Positions 12,171-21,992 are shown, numbered from the stretch's first letter. The stretch: DNA of 64,000 nucleotides from an uncultured Armatimonadia bacterium (GCA_963749155.1 CAVVLO010000005.1:1-64000); one strand, 5' to 3'. The notes: generated by a model from the sequence alone, not told the origin. Program-made: numbers and translations.

Positions 12171-14138
12171 CTATCTCTGCACGGCGGAATAGCGCCTCTC
12201 GACGCGGAACGGCGTGAAGGGCCGCCCGCCGCCCGTGAAGAACTTGCCGAAGAACTCGAGGTACTGGAGCCTCGCGGGATGCACGAACGCCCCGAGGATG
12301 TTAATCGCGCAGTTGAAGAGGTGGCCCCCGAGAAGCACGAGCACCATGACCACGGGGCCGACAACGGGCATGCCCGACGCCATGTCGCCCACGCCGTTGA
12401 TCGCCATCGCGATCGCGCCGGTGGCGAGCCCGAGCGCGAGCAGCCGCGCGTACGACAGGATGTCGGCGAAGTAGTTGACGATGCCGTACAGCTTCGGGAT
12501 CCCGCCGATGACCTTGAGCACCGGGTTCTTGTTCTTGCGGCCGCCCGTCAGCCCGGCGATCACGATGAAGACGAGCGCCCAGATGCGGCAGACGCCGATG
12601 ACACCGTCCGGGACGGTGCCCCCGAAGATGAACTTGAACCCGAGAGGCACCAGCGACAGGATGAGCACGATCCACACAAGCTCATCGAGAATCGCGTCCA
12701 GCCACCGGCCCTCCTTGAAGTCCATCGCCATCTTGATGCCGACGCCGAAGAGGATGTGCACGATGCCAATGAGAAAGACGACGTTCAGCATCGCCATCGG
12801 CTCCGCGAGCGGGTCGATGAGCACCATGCTGCTCAGGAAGGGCGGGAGTGAGCTCACGCTGATACCGGCCCAGCTCCCTGTCAGAAGGCCGATCACGATC
12901 GAGGAGATGCCGCCCATCACGAGAAGCTGCAGCGTGACCCGCGCGCCGCTGCCCTTCGGCATCCTGCTGATGAAGTAGAGAGCGGCAAGCGTGATGGCCG
13001 AGCCGTAGATGACGTCTCCGACGCACAGGCCGAAGAAGAGGATGAAGAAGGGCGCGATGAGCGGCGTGGGATCCCACTCGCAGTACGCGGGACGACCATA
13101 CATCGTCACCACGAACTCGCACGGCTTCACGAGGGTCTTGTTCTCGAACTCGATCGGCACGTCCTCGCCGGGCGCGGGCTCGCGGCTCCGGATCTCGATG
13201 GCGGGCGACACGAGGGCCAGCCGCTCGGCGAGCGGCCCCTCCTCGCGCCCGCGGATCCACCCCTCGACCAGGAACGTGTCGCGCGTTGCGGCGAACCGCT
13301 CCTCCGCGGTCTCCTTCGCGAGGCGCTCGACGGCCTCGTCCAGCACAATGAGCACTCTCGAGTAGTCTGCGGCAAGACCGGCCGCCTCGGCATGGATCTC
13401 GTCGATACGGGCGCGCTCGGCCTCGGCCTCCGCGAGAAGCTGTCGCGCGGCGTCCTCGCCGGGTCCGGTCGCACCGGTGAGATCCACCCAGCGCGCGTTG
13501 TGGCGCTTGAGCACCGGCGACACCGCCGTCTCGCGGTCCTTGAGGTACAAGACCGCCACGAAGGCGTTCGACCCGGCGCGCGAGACCTCAATGAGGTCGC
13601 TCTCCCGGGCGGCCTCCGCAAGCTCCGCCGCGAGCGATGCAACCTCCGCGGCCGCCACCGTCGCAAGGCCGACGCTCACGCGCGACGTTGGGACGACGCC
13701 CTCGACCGGCATGCCGAGCCCCGTCCAGTGGCTCAGCTCGGCCGCCAGGGCCTCCTTCCGGGCGATCTCGGCCTCCGCGCTGCGCACGCGTCCCTCGAGG
13801 GCCACGCATCGCTGGAACAGGGCTTCGACGTCGGTGCCCTCGAGAATGTCGCGGAGCTCGCTCTCGCTGACCAGGAGCTTGGCGCCGGCGACCTTCGAAA
13901 GGCCCTTCACCGCGGGGGCGTGAGGCTTCAGAAACTGCCTGACGTGCTCGAGCTTCGCAAGGTCACCCTGGAGCTGCCGCAGGCGCTCCCTGGACGGCTC
14001 GTGCCGCGCGGCGTCCGCGGAGTCGACGGACGGCTCCGTAATATGGAGAACGCCGCCCTCTCTGAGAGCGGCGACAACCTCCGCCTTCGCGCTCATGTGC
14101 GCGAGGATCTGGATCTTCTTCATCCGGGCGATCGCCAT
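12171..14138 (-). CDS. ntpI: V/A-type ATP synthase subunit I (a)
   Basis: DPTP..APFF..FFG.C.GD..YG, DILSYARLLALGL, HPARLQYLEFFGKF. Confidence 0.93.
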   Translation of the reverse strand: MAIARMKKIQILAHMSAKAEVVAALREGGVLHITEPSVDSADAARHEPSRERLRQLQGDLAKLEHVRQFLKPHAPAVKGLSKVAGAKLLVSESELRDILEGTDVEALFQRCVALEGRVRSAEAEIARKEALAAELSHWTGLGMPVEGVVPTSRVSVGLATVAAAEVASLAAELAEAARESDLIEVSRAGSNAFVAVLYLKDRETAVSPVLKRHNARWVDLTGATGPGEDAARQLLAEAEAERARIDEIHAEAAGLAADYSRVLIVLDEAVERLAKETAEERFAATRDTFLVEGWIRGREEGPLAERLALVSPAIEIRSREPAPGEDVPIEFENKTLVKPCEFVVTMYGRPAYCEWDPTPLIAPFFILFFGLCVGDVIYGSAITLAALYFISRMPKGSGARVTLQLLVMGGISSIVIGLLTGSWAGISVSSLPPFLSSMVLIDPLAEPMAMLNVVFLIGIVHILFGVGIKMAMDFKEGRWLDAILDELVWIVLILSLVPLGFKFIFGGTVPDGVIGVCRIWALVFIVIAGLTGGRKNKNPVLKVIGGIPKLYGIVNYFADILSYARLLALGLATGAIAMAINGVGDMASGMPVVGPVVMVLVLLGGHLFNCAINILGAFVHPARLQYLEFFGKFFTGGGRPFTPFRVERRYSAVQR

Positions 14139-14159
14139 CGGACCGGTCTCCCGACAGCC

Positions 14160-14471
14160 CTACGATGTCACAGCGTCCAAGGCCTTCTTCACGCCGGCCT
14201 TGACCTTCTCACCCGCCGACTGCCGCGTTGCCTCGACGGCTCGCCTGCTCTCGGCAGCGAGCTTCGTCGCCTGCACCTCCGCCTCCGTCCTCGCCGCATC
14301 GACGAGCCGCTTCTCCTCGTCGCGCGCCTCTCGCTGCGCCTGCTCGAGCACCCGCTCGGCGGCCTCCTGCGAGTCGGTGACAAGGCGCTTCGCGTCCGCC
14401 CGCGCGCGGCGCACCGCCTCCTCAGCGTCCCTCTCCGCGTCCTTGATCTGGCGAATCGCGTCGGATACCAC
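14160..14471 (-). CDS. V/A-type ATPase peripheral-stalk subunit H/G
   Basis: ~103-aa Ala/Glu/Arg coiled coil (IRQIKDAERDAEE), first gene of the operon. RBS ggaggg before GTG. Confidence 0.75.
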   Translation of the reverse strand: MVSDAIRQIKDAERDAEEAVRRARADAKRLVTDSQEAAERVLEQAQREARDEEKRLVDAARTEAEVQATKLAAESRRAVEATRQSAGEKVKAGVKKALDAVTS

Positions 14472-14618
14472 GATCCCTCCCGCTTCTTCCGCGCTTCTCG
14501 ACGCGGCGCCGACTTCCCCACCGCGCGTCCACCAACCCCCGACAGGTCTTCGAGCGAAGTCGCGCTCACCGCCGACGCGCAACCCTGCGATTCGCACGCA
14601 GTTGCGCGGCCCACACGG

Positions 14619-14738
14619 TAACTGACAAACTCCGCCCCCGGTGGATAACCGCGCCTGCGTGTGCGCCCCTGCACCCTCTAACTGACAGTGCTATCGGGAG
14701 ATAACCTGGTGAGGCCCCGCTATGCACATTTATCCACA
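14619..14738. promoter_or_regulatory. DnaA-box cluster upstream of the V-ATPase operon
   Basis: Perfect TTATCCACA at 14730-14738. Near matches GGTGGATAA 14640, GGGAGATAA 14696, CTATGCACA 14720. TAACTGACA twice (14619, 14679). Confidence 0.65.
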
Positions 14739-14800
14739 TGCGCCGCCGCGGGAGGCTTCACAGTGGCTCCTCGTCCGTGCACGATGCGCCCGGAGAAGCC

Positions 14801-15241
14801 CTAGTATCTGGCCTCGGCTTCCTCGAGTTCCTCGCTCTCGCCCTGCTCATGACGGCGCGTGGACCTGCGCCCCGACGGCGGCTCCACGACGTCGCCCATC
14901 TGGCAGTTGCCCTGGAACACAACGCCGTCCTCGATGACGAGGCCGCGCGTCTTGATGTCCCCCAGAAGCTGCGAGCCGCGACGGAGTTCGATCTTGCCCG
15001 ACGCGAACACGTTGCCGTACATGTGCCCGCCGATGACGGCGTTCGCGACGGTCGCATCCCCATCGACCTTCCCGCTTCCGCCCACGATCAGCGTGTCGGT
15101 GGCGTCGATCGTTCCCTCGTAGTCCCCGTCGACCTCGATGCTGCCCTCGACTTTGATATCGCCCTTGAGGGTGGTCCCCTCGCCGATCACCGTGTTCACA
15201 CCGCCCACGACGGTCGCTCTCTCTTCTTCTTTCTGGAACAT
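14801..15241 (-). CDS. Bactofilin (polymer-forming cytoskeletal protein)
   Basis: TVIGEGTTLKGDI...IEVDG..EGTI...LIVG.SGKVDG...GLVIEDGVVFQGNCQM beta-helix. Confidence 0.9.
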   Translation of the reverse strand: MFQKEEERATVVGGVNTVIGEGTTLKGDIKVEGSIEVDGDYEGTIDATDTLIVGGSGKVDGDATVANAVIGGHMYGNVFASGKIELRRGSQLLGDIKTRGLVIEDGVVFQGNCQMGDVVEPPSGRRSTRRHEQGESEELEEAEARY

Positions 15242-15359
15242 CCCGCACCCCCCGTGCGATCGGGCCCACAAGCCTGCGCTCTCGGCCCACTCCCGTCTTC
15301 GCCTGCGCCGGACTGCGCGACGCTACCAAACGGCCATGCTCAAGTCAATATCCAAGCGG

Positions 15360-16217
15360 TCAGCGGACACCACCCGCCGTCAGAAGATCGAGGATGCGCT
15401 CGAGGTCTTCGTCGGAGTAGTACTCGATCCTGAGCGACCCCTCCTTCCCCATGCGCTCGATCCGAACAAGGGTCCCGAAGATGCGCTGCAGTCGCTCCTC
15501 CCACTCCCTGACGAAGGGGTCGTCGCTCCGCCTTGGCCGCGCTGCCTTCTTCCGCCTCACCGCGCCACGCGCCAGCGCCTCAACCTCCCTGACCGACAGC
15601 CCCCGCGCCTCCGCCCTCTCCGCCACCCTGCGCCGGTCCTCCGGCGTCCCCAGCGCCAGCAGCGCCCTCCCGTGCCCGGCGCTCAGGCGCCCGGCCCTCA
15701 GCATGTCCTGCACGTCCGGCGGCAGATCGAGGAGCCGAAGCGCGTTCGCCACCGTGCTCCGATCCTTCCCCACCCGCTCGGCCACATCCACCTGGCTCGC
15801 GCCGGCCACCTCCATCAGCGCCTCATACCCATGAGCCTCGTCGATGGGGTTCAGGTCCTCACGCTGGAGGTTCTCCACGAGGGCCAGCACGATCGCGTTC
15901 GCGTCGTCCGTCTCGCGCACCACGGCCGGGATCCGGTCGAGTCCTGCCAGCCGCGCGGCGCGCCACCTGCGCTCTCCCGCGACAAGGCGGTACCGGCCGG
16001 TGCCCAGCTCCCGCACGACGACCGGCTGCAGCAGCCCGTGCGCGCGGATCGAGGCCGACAGCTCGCCCAGCGAGACGTCGTCGAACCGCGTCCGCGGCTG
16101 CTCGGGGTTCGGCTCGATGTCCTCCAGGCGGATCTCCCTCAGAGCCGAACCGGGCCCCGCCTCGTTCGCCCCAGGGATGAGCGCCTCCAGCCCGCGCCCG
16201 AGTGCCTTTCGGTTCAT
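15360..16217 (-). CDS. parB: Chromosome partitioning protein ParB
   Basis: ALGRGL.ALI, PNPEQPR, AGERRWRA, LVENLQREDL and an HTH. Confidence 0.95.
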   Translation of the reverse strand: MNRKALGRGLEALIPGANEAGPGSALREIRLEDIEPNPEQPRTRFDDVSLGELSASIRAHGLLQPVVVRELGTGRYRLVAGERRWRAARLAGLDRIPAVVRETDDANAIVLALVENLQREDLNPIDEAHGYEALMEVAGASQVDVAERVGKDRSTVANALRLLDLPPDVQDMLRAGRLSAGHGRALLALGTPEDRRRVAERAEARGLSVREVEALARGAVRRKKAARPRRSDDPFVREWEERLQRIFGTLVRIERMGKEGSLRIEYYSDEDLERILDLLTAGGVR

Positions 16218-16255
16218 TCTCCCCTCCGTCGCAAGGCCGCCGCTACCCCGCCCGC

Positions 16256-17071
16256 TCACCGCGCCTGTTCAGCGCCCTGCGGCGCCGGTATGGCCTGGCC
16301 GCTGTGTTCCCCCGGGAACATGATCTCCTTCGCGAGGGCGATGTAGCTCTCAGCGCCCGCCGACAGGATGTCGTAAAGGATAATAGGTTGACCGAAACTC
16401 GGCGCCTCCCCGAGCTTCACGTTCCGCGGGATCATCGACTTGTACACCCTGTCGCCGAAGTACCGCCGCGCCTCATCTGCCACTTGCCGCGCCAGGTTCA
16501 GCCGCCCGTCGAACATCGTGAGGAGTATCCCCTCGATCCGCAGTTCCGGGTTCAGGTTCCGCTGCACGAGCCGGATGCTGTTGAGAAGCTGCCCCAGCCC
16601 CTCAAGCGCATAGTACTCGCACTGGATCGGCACGATCACCGTGTCCGCCGCCGTCAGCGTGTTGACGGTGAGAAGCCCCAGGGAGGGAGGGCAGTCGATG
16701 AACACATAGTGGTAGTCGCCCTTGATCTTGTCGAGGGCCCTCTTCAGCCGCGTCTCGCGTGCCATGACGTTGACGAGTTCGATCTCGGCGCCGATCAGGC
16801 GCTGGTGGGACGGAAGCACGTGAAGGAATGGGAGATCGGGTACGGGGATGATGGCATCGCCGATGTCGGTCTCCCCGATGAGAACCTCGTACATGCTCGT
16901 CTTGACGTCTTCCTTCGCGATGCCTATCCCGCTCGTGGCGTTCGCCTGGGGGTCGATGTCGATGAGCAGAGTGGGACGCTCCGCCACAGCTGTACAGGCT
17001 GCAACATTGACAGCCGTGGTCGTCTTCCCGACTCCGCCCTTCTGGTTCGCTACTGCGATCACGCGTCCCAT
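16256..17071 (-). CDS. parA: Chromosome partitioning ATPase ParA/Soj
   Basis: NQKGGVGKTT, DIDPQANAT, DCPPSLG, QCEYYALEG, EAPSFG. Confidence 0.95.
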   Translation of the reverse strand: MGRVIAVANQKGGVGKTTTAVNVAACTAVAERPTLLIDIDPQANATSGIGIAKEDVKTSMYEVLIGETDIGDAIIPVPDLPFLHVLPSHQRLIGAEIELVNVMARETRLKRALDKIKGDYHYVFIDCPPSLGLLTVNTLTAADTVIVPIQCEYYALEGLGQLLNSIRLVQRNLNPELRIEGILLTMFDGRLNLARQVADEARRYFGDRVYKSMIPRNVKLGEAPSFGQPIILYDILSAGAESYIALAKEIMFPGEHSGQAIPAPQGAEQAR

Positions 17072-17081
17072 GTCACCCACC

Positions 17082-17204
17082 TGTGGATAGCCGCACGCAC
17101 TCCACCCGGCGATGCCCGATTGGCGTGTCGCCGAATGGCGCAGATGATACAGAGCCCCCAAGAAGTGTCAAGAGAGAAGTTGCGTACAGGGCGAGTTATC
17201 CACA
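17082..17204. promoter_or_regulatory. DnaA boxes upstream of parA
   Basis: TGTGGATAG at 17082-17090 and perfect TTATCCACA at 17196-17204. Confidence 0.65.
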
Positions 17205-17222
17205 GCTATGTGTTGGGCGGGG

Positions 17223-17238
17223 TGTTTCACGTGGAACA
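17223..17238. promoter_or_regulatory. parS site
   Basis: TGTTTCACGTGGAACA, one mismatch to the palindrome TGTTTCACGTGAAACA, next to parAB. Confidence 0.9.
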
Positions 17239-17491
17239 TCATGGGGTGATGCTCCGCGCGCGGGCGCCTGGCGTGCGACGAGCGAGCGGCCCTTGAGACT
17301 CGATCGGGAACGCCGTGCGGCTGCACTGCTTGAGGCGGAGCTAGACCGGGCGGTGCTCTGCGACAGCATGCCGCGCCGCTGGAGCAGCTCGCCGTGCAAG
17401 CCATCGCCGTCTCTTCATGCCGGGGGTAGCACAGGGGTGTCGGGGAATCGCTCTCCGGTGTGATCCTCTCGCGGGGACATCCGTCTGCGCT

Positions 17492-18190
17492 CTACTGCTC
17501 CGAGGGGCTTGCCTGTTCGGCGTCCGACCGTTTCACGTGAAACTCCACGAACCACGTCGCCCGCCCATAGCCGGCCAGTTCCACCTTCTCCACCCATCCC
17601 TGCTCGCACCCGCACGCGTCGGCCACGGACCGCGCCTCAGCCTCCTCATCCACCCACCGCGGTCCCTTGAACAGGATCAGTCTCCCACCAGGAGCCAGCA
17701 TCTTCAGGCTCGGCGTCAGCGTCTCTCCAAGCGACCCGAGCGCCCTCGATGCCGCCAGCTCGAAGGCTCGCCGCCCCACAAGCCCCTCGATCCGGCTGTG
17801 GACGATCTCGACGTTCTCCAAGCCCAGCTTCCGGACCACCTGCTTCAGAAACACCACGCGGCTGTTCCTCGAGTCCAGCAGTGTGACCCGAAGCCCCGGC
17901 CTGAGGATCGCCACCACGGCGCCCGGGAGGCCGGCCCCCGTGCCGAGGTCGACCATCTCCCGCACGCCGGCGCCCCCGTGCTCGGGACACAGGGCAACAC
18001 GAATGAACGCCGCCGCGTCGAGCAGATGAAGCCCGATCTCCCGCTCGGCTCCCCTCGAGATCAGGCTCAGGCGCCTGGCGCTCGCCGCGAGCAGAGACGC
18101 GTACTCCTCCAGCGCACCCCACTGCGCGGCCGTTACCCCTCCCGCCAGCGACTCCAGCGCAGCGCGCGGCACCACCGGCGCACCGCCCAT
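17492..18190 (-). CDS. rsmG: 16S rRNA m7G527 methyltransferase (start uncertain)
   Basis: HLLDA, DLGTGAGLPG, TLLDSR..R..FL, SRA, GGRLILFKG. Confidence 0.88.
   Translation of the reverse strand: MGGAPVVPRAALESLAGGVTAAQWGALEEYASLLAASARRLSLISRGAEREIGLHLLDAAAFIRVALCPEHGGAGVREMVDLGTGAGLPGAVVAILRPGLRVTLLDSRNSRVVFLKQVVRKLGLENVEIVHSRIEGLVGRRAFELAASRALGSLGETLTPSLKMLAPGGRLILFKGPRWVDEEAEARSVADACGCEQGWVEKVELAGYGRATWFVEFHVKRSDAEQASPSEQ
17529..17544. promoter_or_regulatory. parS site within the 3' end of rsmG
   Basis: cGTTTCACGTGAAACt, a perfect 14-bp core palindrome. Confidence 0.85.
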
Positions 18191-18416
18191 GCTGCTCCTG
18201 TCCACCGAGCTGTCCACGCGTATTCCCCAGGTTGACCACCGGGCGTAGGCCGCCCGACCGAGCATCTGTACCCGACGCCGTACGCCAAGTGCGGTCGCCG
18301 GGGGAGACCCAGCGACCGCACCTCACTGCTCTCATGCCTCTGCTGAACTGACGCTGTCAACCGCGGTAGCTTGTCACGTCAGCGATCCGCACGCGGTCTT
18401 CGCACTGGAGGGCACT

Positions 18417-19097
18417 CTACGACTGCCCGGCGCTCTGGGCCTGCGGCTTCTGGCCGCCCCCCGAGCCACGCCGACGCCTGCCCCGGCCCGACCGTCTCCG
18501 ACCGCTCGGTCGCCCGCTCCCCGCGCCAGCCCCCGCGGCCGCGCCGACCGGCTGTCCCTGAGGCTCGCGGCTCGCATCGCGGCCCGCATCGCGGCGCCCC
18601 TCGCCGCGGCGTCCGCCGCGCCGGCTCCGGCGCTCCCCGGGCTCGTCGTCGGACGGCTCTTCCTCGCGGCGACGCTTGTAGCCCGCCACCTCGAGAAGCA
18701 CTCGCTGTCCTTTGCGGTCCTCATTCTGGAGCATTCTGTTCACGAGGTACTCGAGGGAGTAGAGCGTGAGCGCGCCCTTCCCGATCAGGAGGCTGTCCGT
18801 GCCGGCCGTCTCAATGGAGATGTGCAGGTCGTGCCGCCGCTCGACCACGTCGAGCTGGCAGCTGATGTGCATGTGCTTGAGAAGGTCCATCAAGATCGTC
18901 TCGGCGCGGTCGCGGGTCGCCAGCCTGAGCGATGCGCGGACGCGGGCCGGGGTCCCGGGGAAGATCCCGAAGAGCCCACGACGGCCGCGGTTGATGACGG
19001 ACACCTCCGCCTGATCGGATGAGACACCCAGCTGCCTGAGCGCGCTCGCCGTTGCCTCCGCGACGGTCTTACCCGTCGCCTCCAAAGTGCGGGTCAT
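18417..19097 (-). CDS. jag: Jag/EloR (KhpB)-like protein lacking R3H
   Basis: Jag_N (GKTVAEA...RGLFG) plus KH-like (LLIGK..TLYSLEYLVN) domains, located downstream of yidC. Confidence 0.8.
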   Translation of the reverse strand: MTRTLEATGKTVAEATASALRQLGVSSDQAEVSVINRGRRGLFGIFPGTPARVRASLRLATRDRAETILMDLLKHMHISCQLDVVERRHDLHISIETAGTDSLLIGKGALTLYSLEYLVNRMLQNEDRKGQRVLLEVAGYKRRREEEPSDDEPGERRSRRGGRRGEGRRDAGRDASREPQGQPVGAAAGAGAGSGRPSGRRRSGRGRRRRGSGGGQKPQAQSAGQS

Positions 19098-19130
19098 GCT
19101 GCGTCCTCCAAGGCTACCCCGTCGAGATGG

Positions 19131-20978
19131 TCACTTCCGCTTGCGGCGCCGCGTTGCTCCGCCCTTCGCGGGGGCGCGGCCGTGCTCCGGGGCGACGACA
19201 TCGGCTTCGGTCACCGTGGCGTCTGCCGCAGACGGGAGAGATGATAGGGCCGGGATACCGTCGGGGGTAGCGGCGCCGCTGACAGTCGCGGCGACCGTGC
19301 CGCGCTGGATGTAGAACTGCTGTGCGACGCTGGCGACGGTGTTCACCAGCCAGTAGATAACGAGACCCGCGGCGAAGTTGTAGAAGAGGGCCGTGAAGAC
19401 GACCGGCATGAGGTTGTTGACGAGCGCCTGACTCGGGTCTTTGGACGACATCCGTTGCTGCGCGAGCATCGCGGCACCCATGAGAAGTGGAAGCACGTGG
19501 ATGGGGAACCCGGCGATCGCGGCCACCGTGTCGGGTTTCGACAGGTCGGTGATCCAGAGCGCGAACGGCGCGCCCCGCAGCTCGATCGTTGTCCGGAGCA
19601 CCTGATACAGGGCGATGAACACCGGCATCTGGAGGAGCATCGGCAGACAGCTCCCCATCGGGTTCACGCCTTCCTTCTTGTACATCTCCATCTGCGCGCG
19701 CGCGAGGGCCTCGCGGTCGCTGCCGAGCCTCACCTTCAGCTCCTGGAGTTTCGGCTGGAGGTCCTGCATGCGCTTCATCTCGGTGAAGCTCTTGTGCGTG
19801 AGGCGGTAGAACAGGAGCTTCGTGAGGATCGAGAAGAGGATGATGACGATCCCGTAGTTCGGGATGAAACGGTGCGCCCACACGAGCGCGATGAGCGTGG
19901 CCACGGAGAGCGGCCGGAAGACCGTCCATCCGAGGTCGATCGCGCGCTCGAGGTGTCCGCCCATCTCGCTGAGAGCGTGGTAGTCCTGCGGACCGGCGAA
20001 CACGGCGAACTTCACGGACAGGGCCTCGCCCTCGACCGGCAGCCCCGCCTTGAACCCCGCGGTTCTGGCGTCGGCGTCGGCCGTCGACTCCGTCCCGATG
20101 AACGTCGCGTTCTTGGGCATCACGGCAGCCACGAAGTACTGCGACTGCGACGTCGCCCAGCCGATCGCCCCGCTCTCCTGCTCGGTCGCGCCCTTCTTGA
20201 GACTGCCGAAGCGCGTCCTCTTGGCCTTCCCGTCCACCAACGCGACCGTGGCGATCGCGTTGTCGTCCTCCTTCGGCTCGGAGGGGATGATGCCCGGCCA
20301 TCCGATCCAGAGCTCACGCCTGGCTCCGGGCTCAACAAGGCCGCGCACTTCGACGTCGAGGTCGAACGCGTAGCCGCCCGGAACAAGCGTGTACGTCTTC
20401 ACGACCGCGAGCCCGTCGTCCCGCATCGCCTCGAAGCGAACGGTGACCGGTCCACCGCTCTCGTTCAGGACGATGTGCTCGGGCCCCTCGTACGCGAAGT
20501 TCCACAACCCGGTGGCGATGGTGCTCGGACCGTAGCGGAGGTCCGCCGCAAGACCCTGCGTCCCCGCCGGCACGAGGTCCACGCCCTGCCCGCCTGCCGC
20601 CGTGTAGCTGTTGAGGCGCCACGACCTCAGGACGCCGCCACGCGATGAGAACGTCGCGCTCCAGAGCGGCGCATCCACGACGACGGTCCGCTCAGGAAGG
20701 GACGCCCCCACGTCGGAACTTCCGCCTGCCGCCGACTGCCCTGCCTCGTCCGCTGCCGCGGGCGCGCCTTCCGTGCCGGCCGCTCCCTCCGCGCCGCCGC
20801 TCACGACCGCCGAGCTGCCTCCAACACCCGTGTCGCCGCCCGCCACGCGGCCGGGCTGCTCCGTCGTCTGCGTCGGAGACGCAACGGGCGCCGGGGCCGT
20901 CTTGCTCATGAAGAAGTTGTATCCGAACAGGACGACGAATATGAGCACGACGGCAAGCAGGGCGCGTCGTTCGTCCAT
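19131..20978 (-). CDS. yidC: Membrane protein insertase YidC
   Basis: Large periplasmic domain, NYGIVII, MKRMQDLQPK, NPMGSCLPMLLQMPVF, WITDLS.PD, GLVIYW. Confidence 0.95.
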   Translation of the reverse strand: MDERRALLAVVLIFVVLFGYNFFMSKTAPAPVASPTQTTEQPGRVAGGDTGVGGSSAVVSGGAEGAAGTEGAPAAADEAGQSAAGGSSDVGASLPERTVVVDAPLWSATFSSRGGVLRSWRLNSYTAAGGQGVDLVPAGTQGLAADLRYGPSTIATGLWNFAYEGPEHIVLNESGGPVTVRFEAMRDDGLAVVKTYTLVPGGYAFDLDVEVRGLVEPGARRELWIGWPGIIPSEPKEDDNAIATVALVDGKAKRTRFGSLKKGATEQESGAIGWATSQSQYFVAAVMPKNATFIGTESTADADARTAGFKAGLPVEGEALSVKFAVFAGPQDYHALSEMGGHLERAIDLGWTVFRPLSVATLIALVWAHRFIPNYGIVIILFSILTKLLFYRLTHKSFTEMKRMQDLQPKLQELKVRLGSDREALARAQMEMYKKEGVNPMGSCLPMLLQMPVFIALYQVLRTTIELRGAPFALWITDLSKPDTVAAIAGFPIHVLPLLMGAAMLAQQRMSSKDPSQALVNNLMPVVFTALFYNFAAGLVIYWLVNTVASVAQQFYIQRGTVAATVSGAATPDGIPALSSLPSAADATVTEADVVAPEHGRAPAKGGATRRRKRK

Positions 20979-21032
20979 CCTCGCCTCCTCAGTCGCGTGT
21001 CGCGGTCTCCGCCGCGATCGGGCAATCAAGCG

Positions 21033-21290
21033 TCAGCGACGCTCGGGAACGGGGTCCACGCCGCCGTCGCTCCACGGGTTGCAGCGCACGACCCTCGCCG
21101 TGGCAAGCCACAGCCCGCGAAGAAGACCGTGCCGCATGAGCGCCTGCACAGCGTACTCGGAGCATGAAGGGATGTAGCGGCAGCTGGGGGGGAACAGGGG
21201 AGAGATCAGGCGCCTGTAGAGCACCACGAGCTCCACCAGCGCCCTGGTCAGGAGAAGGGGTGTGTCGTGAGACCCCGCAGGACCTGCCAT
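21033..21290 (-). CDS. yidD: Membrane protein insertion efficiency factor
   Basis: YRRLISP..PPSCRYIPSCSEY ... RCNPW..GG.DPVP. Confidence 0.93.
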   Translation of the reverse strand: MAGPAGSHDTPLLLTRALVELVVLYRRLISPLFPPSCRYIPSCSEYAVQALMRHGLLRGLWLATARVVRCNPWSDGGVDPVPERR

Positions 21291-21300
21291 CGACCATCTG

Positions 21301-21684
21301 TTAGGCCGCACTCGCGGCCTTCCCATTCCCACGTGAGCTTGCGCGGTCGGAGGCCCGGCAGAGGGCGGCGATGAGCGCGTCCTTCACATCCAGGTGGGGA
21401 GCGCGTACCGCCTTCCCGCTGGCGACGAAGACGAGGATCTCTACCCCGGGGAGGTCCATGCCGCTCGTGCGGTACGCCTCCCTGAGGACCCTCCTGGCGC
21501 GGTTCCTCTGAACCGCACCTCCGACTCTCCTCCCCGCCAGGAACGCAACCACTGGCGGCCCTTCACCTGCCCGGTAGTGCATCCTGAAGAAGGGGGTTCG
21601 GGTCACCTCGCCGGTCTTCAGGACGGCATCGACGGCCCCGCGACTGGCAATCCTGCGGTGTCCGTTCTGCCTCTTCGACCCCAC
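21301..21684 (-). CDS. rnpA: Ribonuclease P protein component
   Basis: RVGGAVQRNRARRVLRE (RNR motif), between rpmH and yidD. Confidence 0.88.
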   Translation of the reverse strand: MGSKRQNGHRRIASRGAVDAVLKTGEVTRTPFFRMHYRAGEGPPVVAFLAGRRVGGAVQRNRARRVLREAYRTSGMDLPGVEILVFVASGKAVRAPHLDVKDALIAALCRASDRASSRGNGKAASAA

Positions 21685-21691
21685 TCGCCTC

Positions 21692-21829
21692 CTACCGGGT
21701 CGTCAGGCGCTTCCTGCCCTTGGCGCGGCGCCTCGACAACACCTTCCTGCCGCCCGGGCTCGACATCCTCTCCCTGAATCCGTGCTTCGACTTCCCCCTG
21801 CGGACTTTGGGCTGGTAGGTCCTCTTCAT
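21692..21829 (-). CDS. rpmH: 50S ribosomal protein L34 (not in the ORF track)
   Basis: Hand translation gives [45 protein letters not shown]. Confidence 0.95.
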   Translation of the reverse strand: MKRTYQPKVRRGKSKHGFRERMSSPGGRKVLSRRRAKGRKRLTTR

Positions 21830-21992
21830 CGTTGCCTCGACGGATGTTTGCCTTGCCCCTACTCAAAACCCAAAGCCTAGGGCCGCCGCCGAGCCTCGTG
21901 TCAAGCGCTTTCTCCCCCCTGCCGCCCGCTCCCCCGACAGCGCCGGGCGCCATGTGTCGCGCACGATCCTCCCGGACCCGCGAGAATTACTC

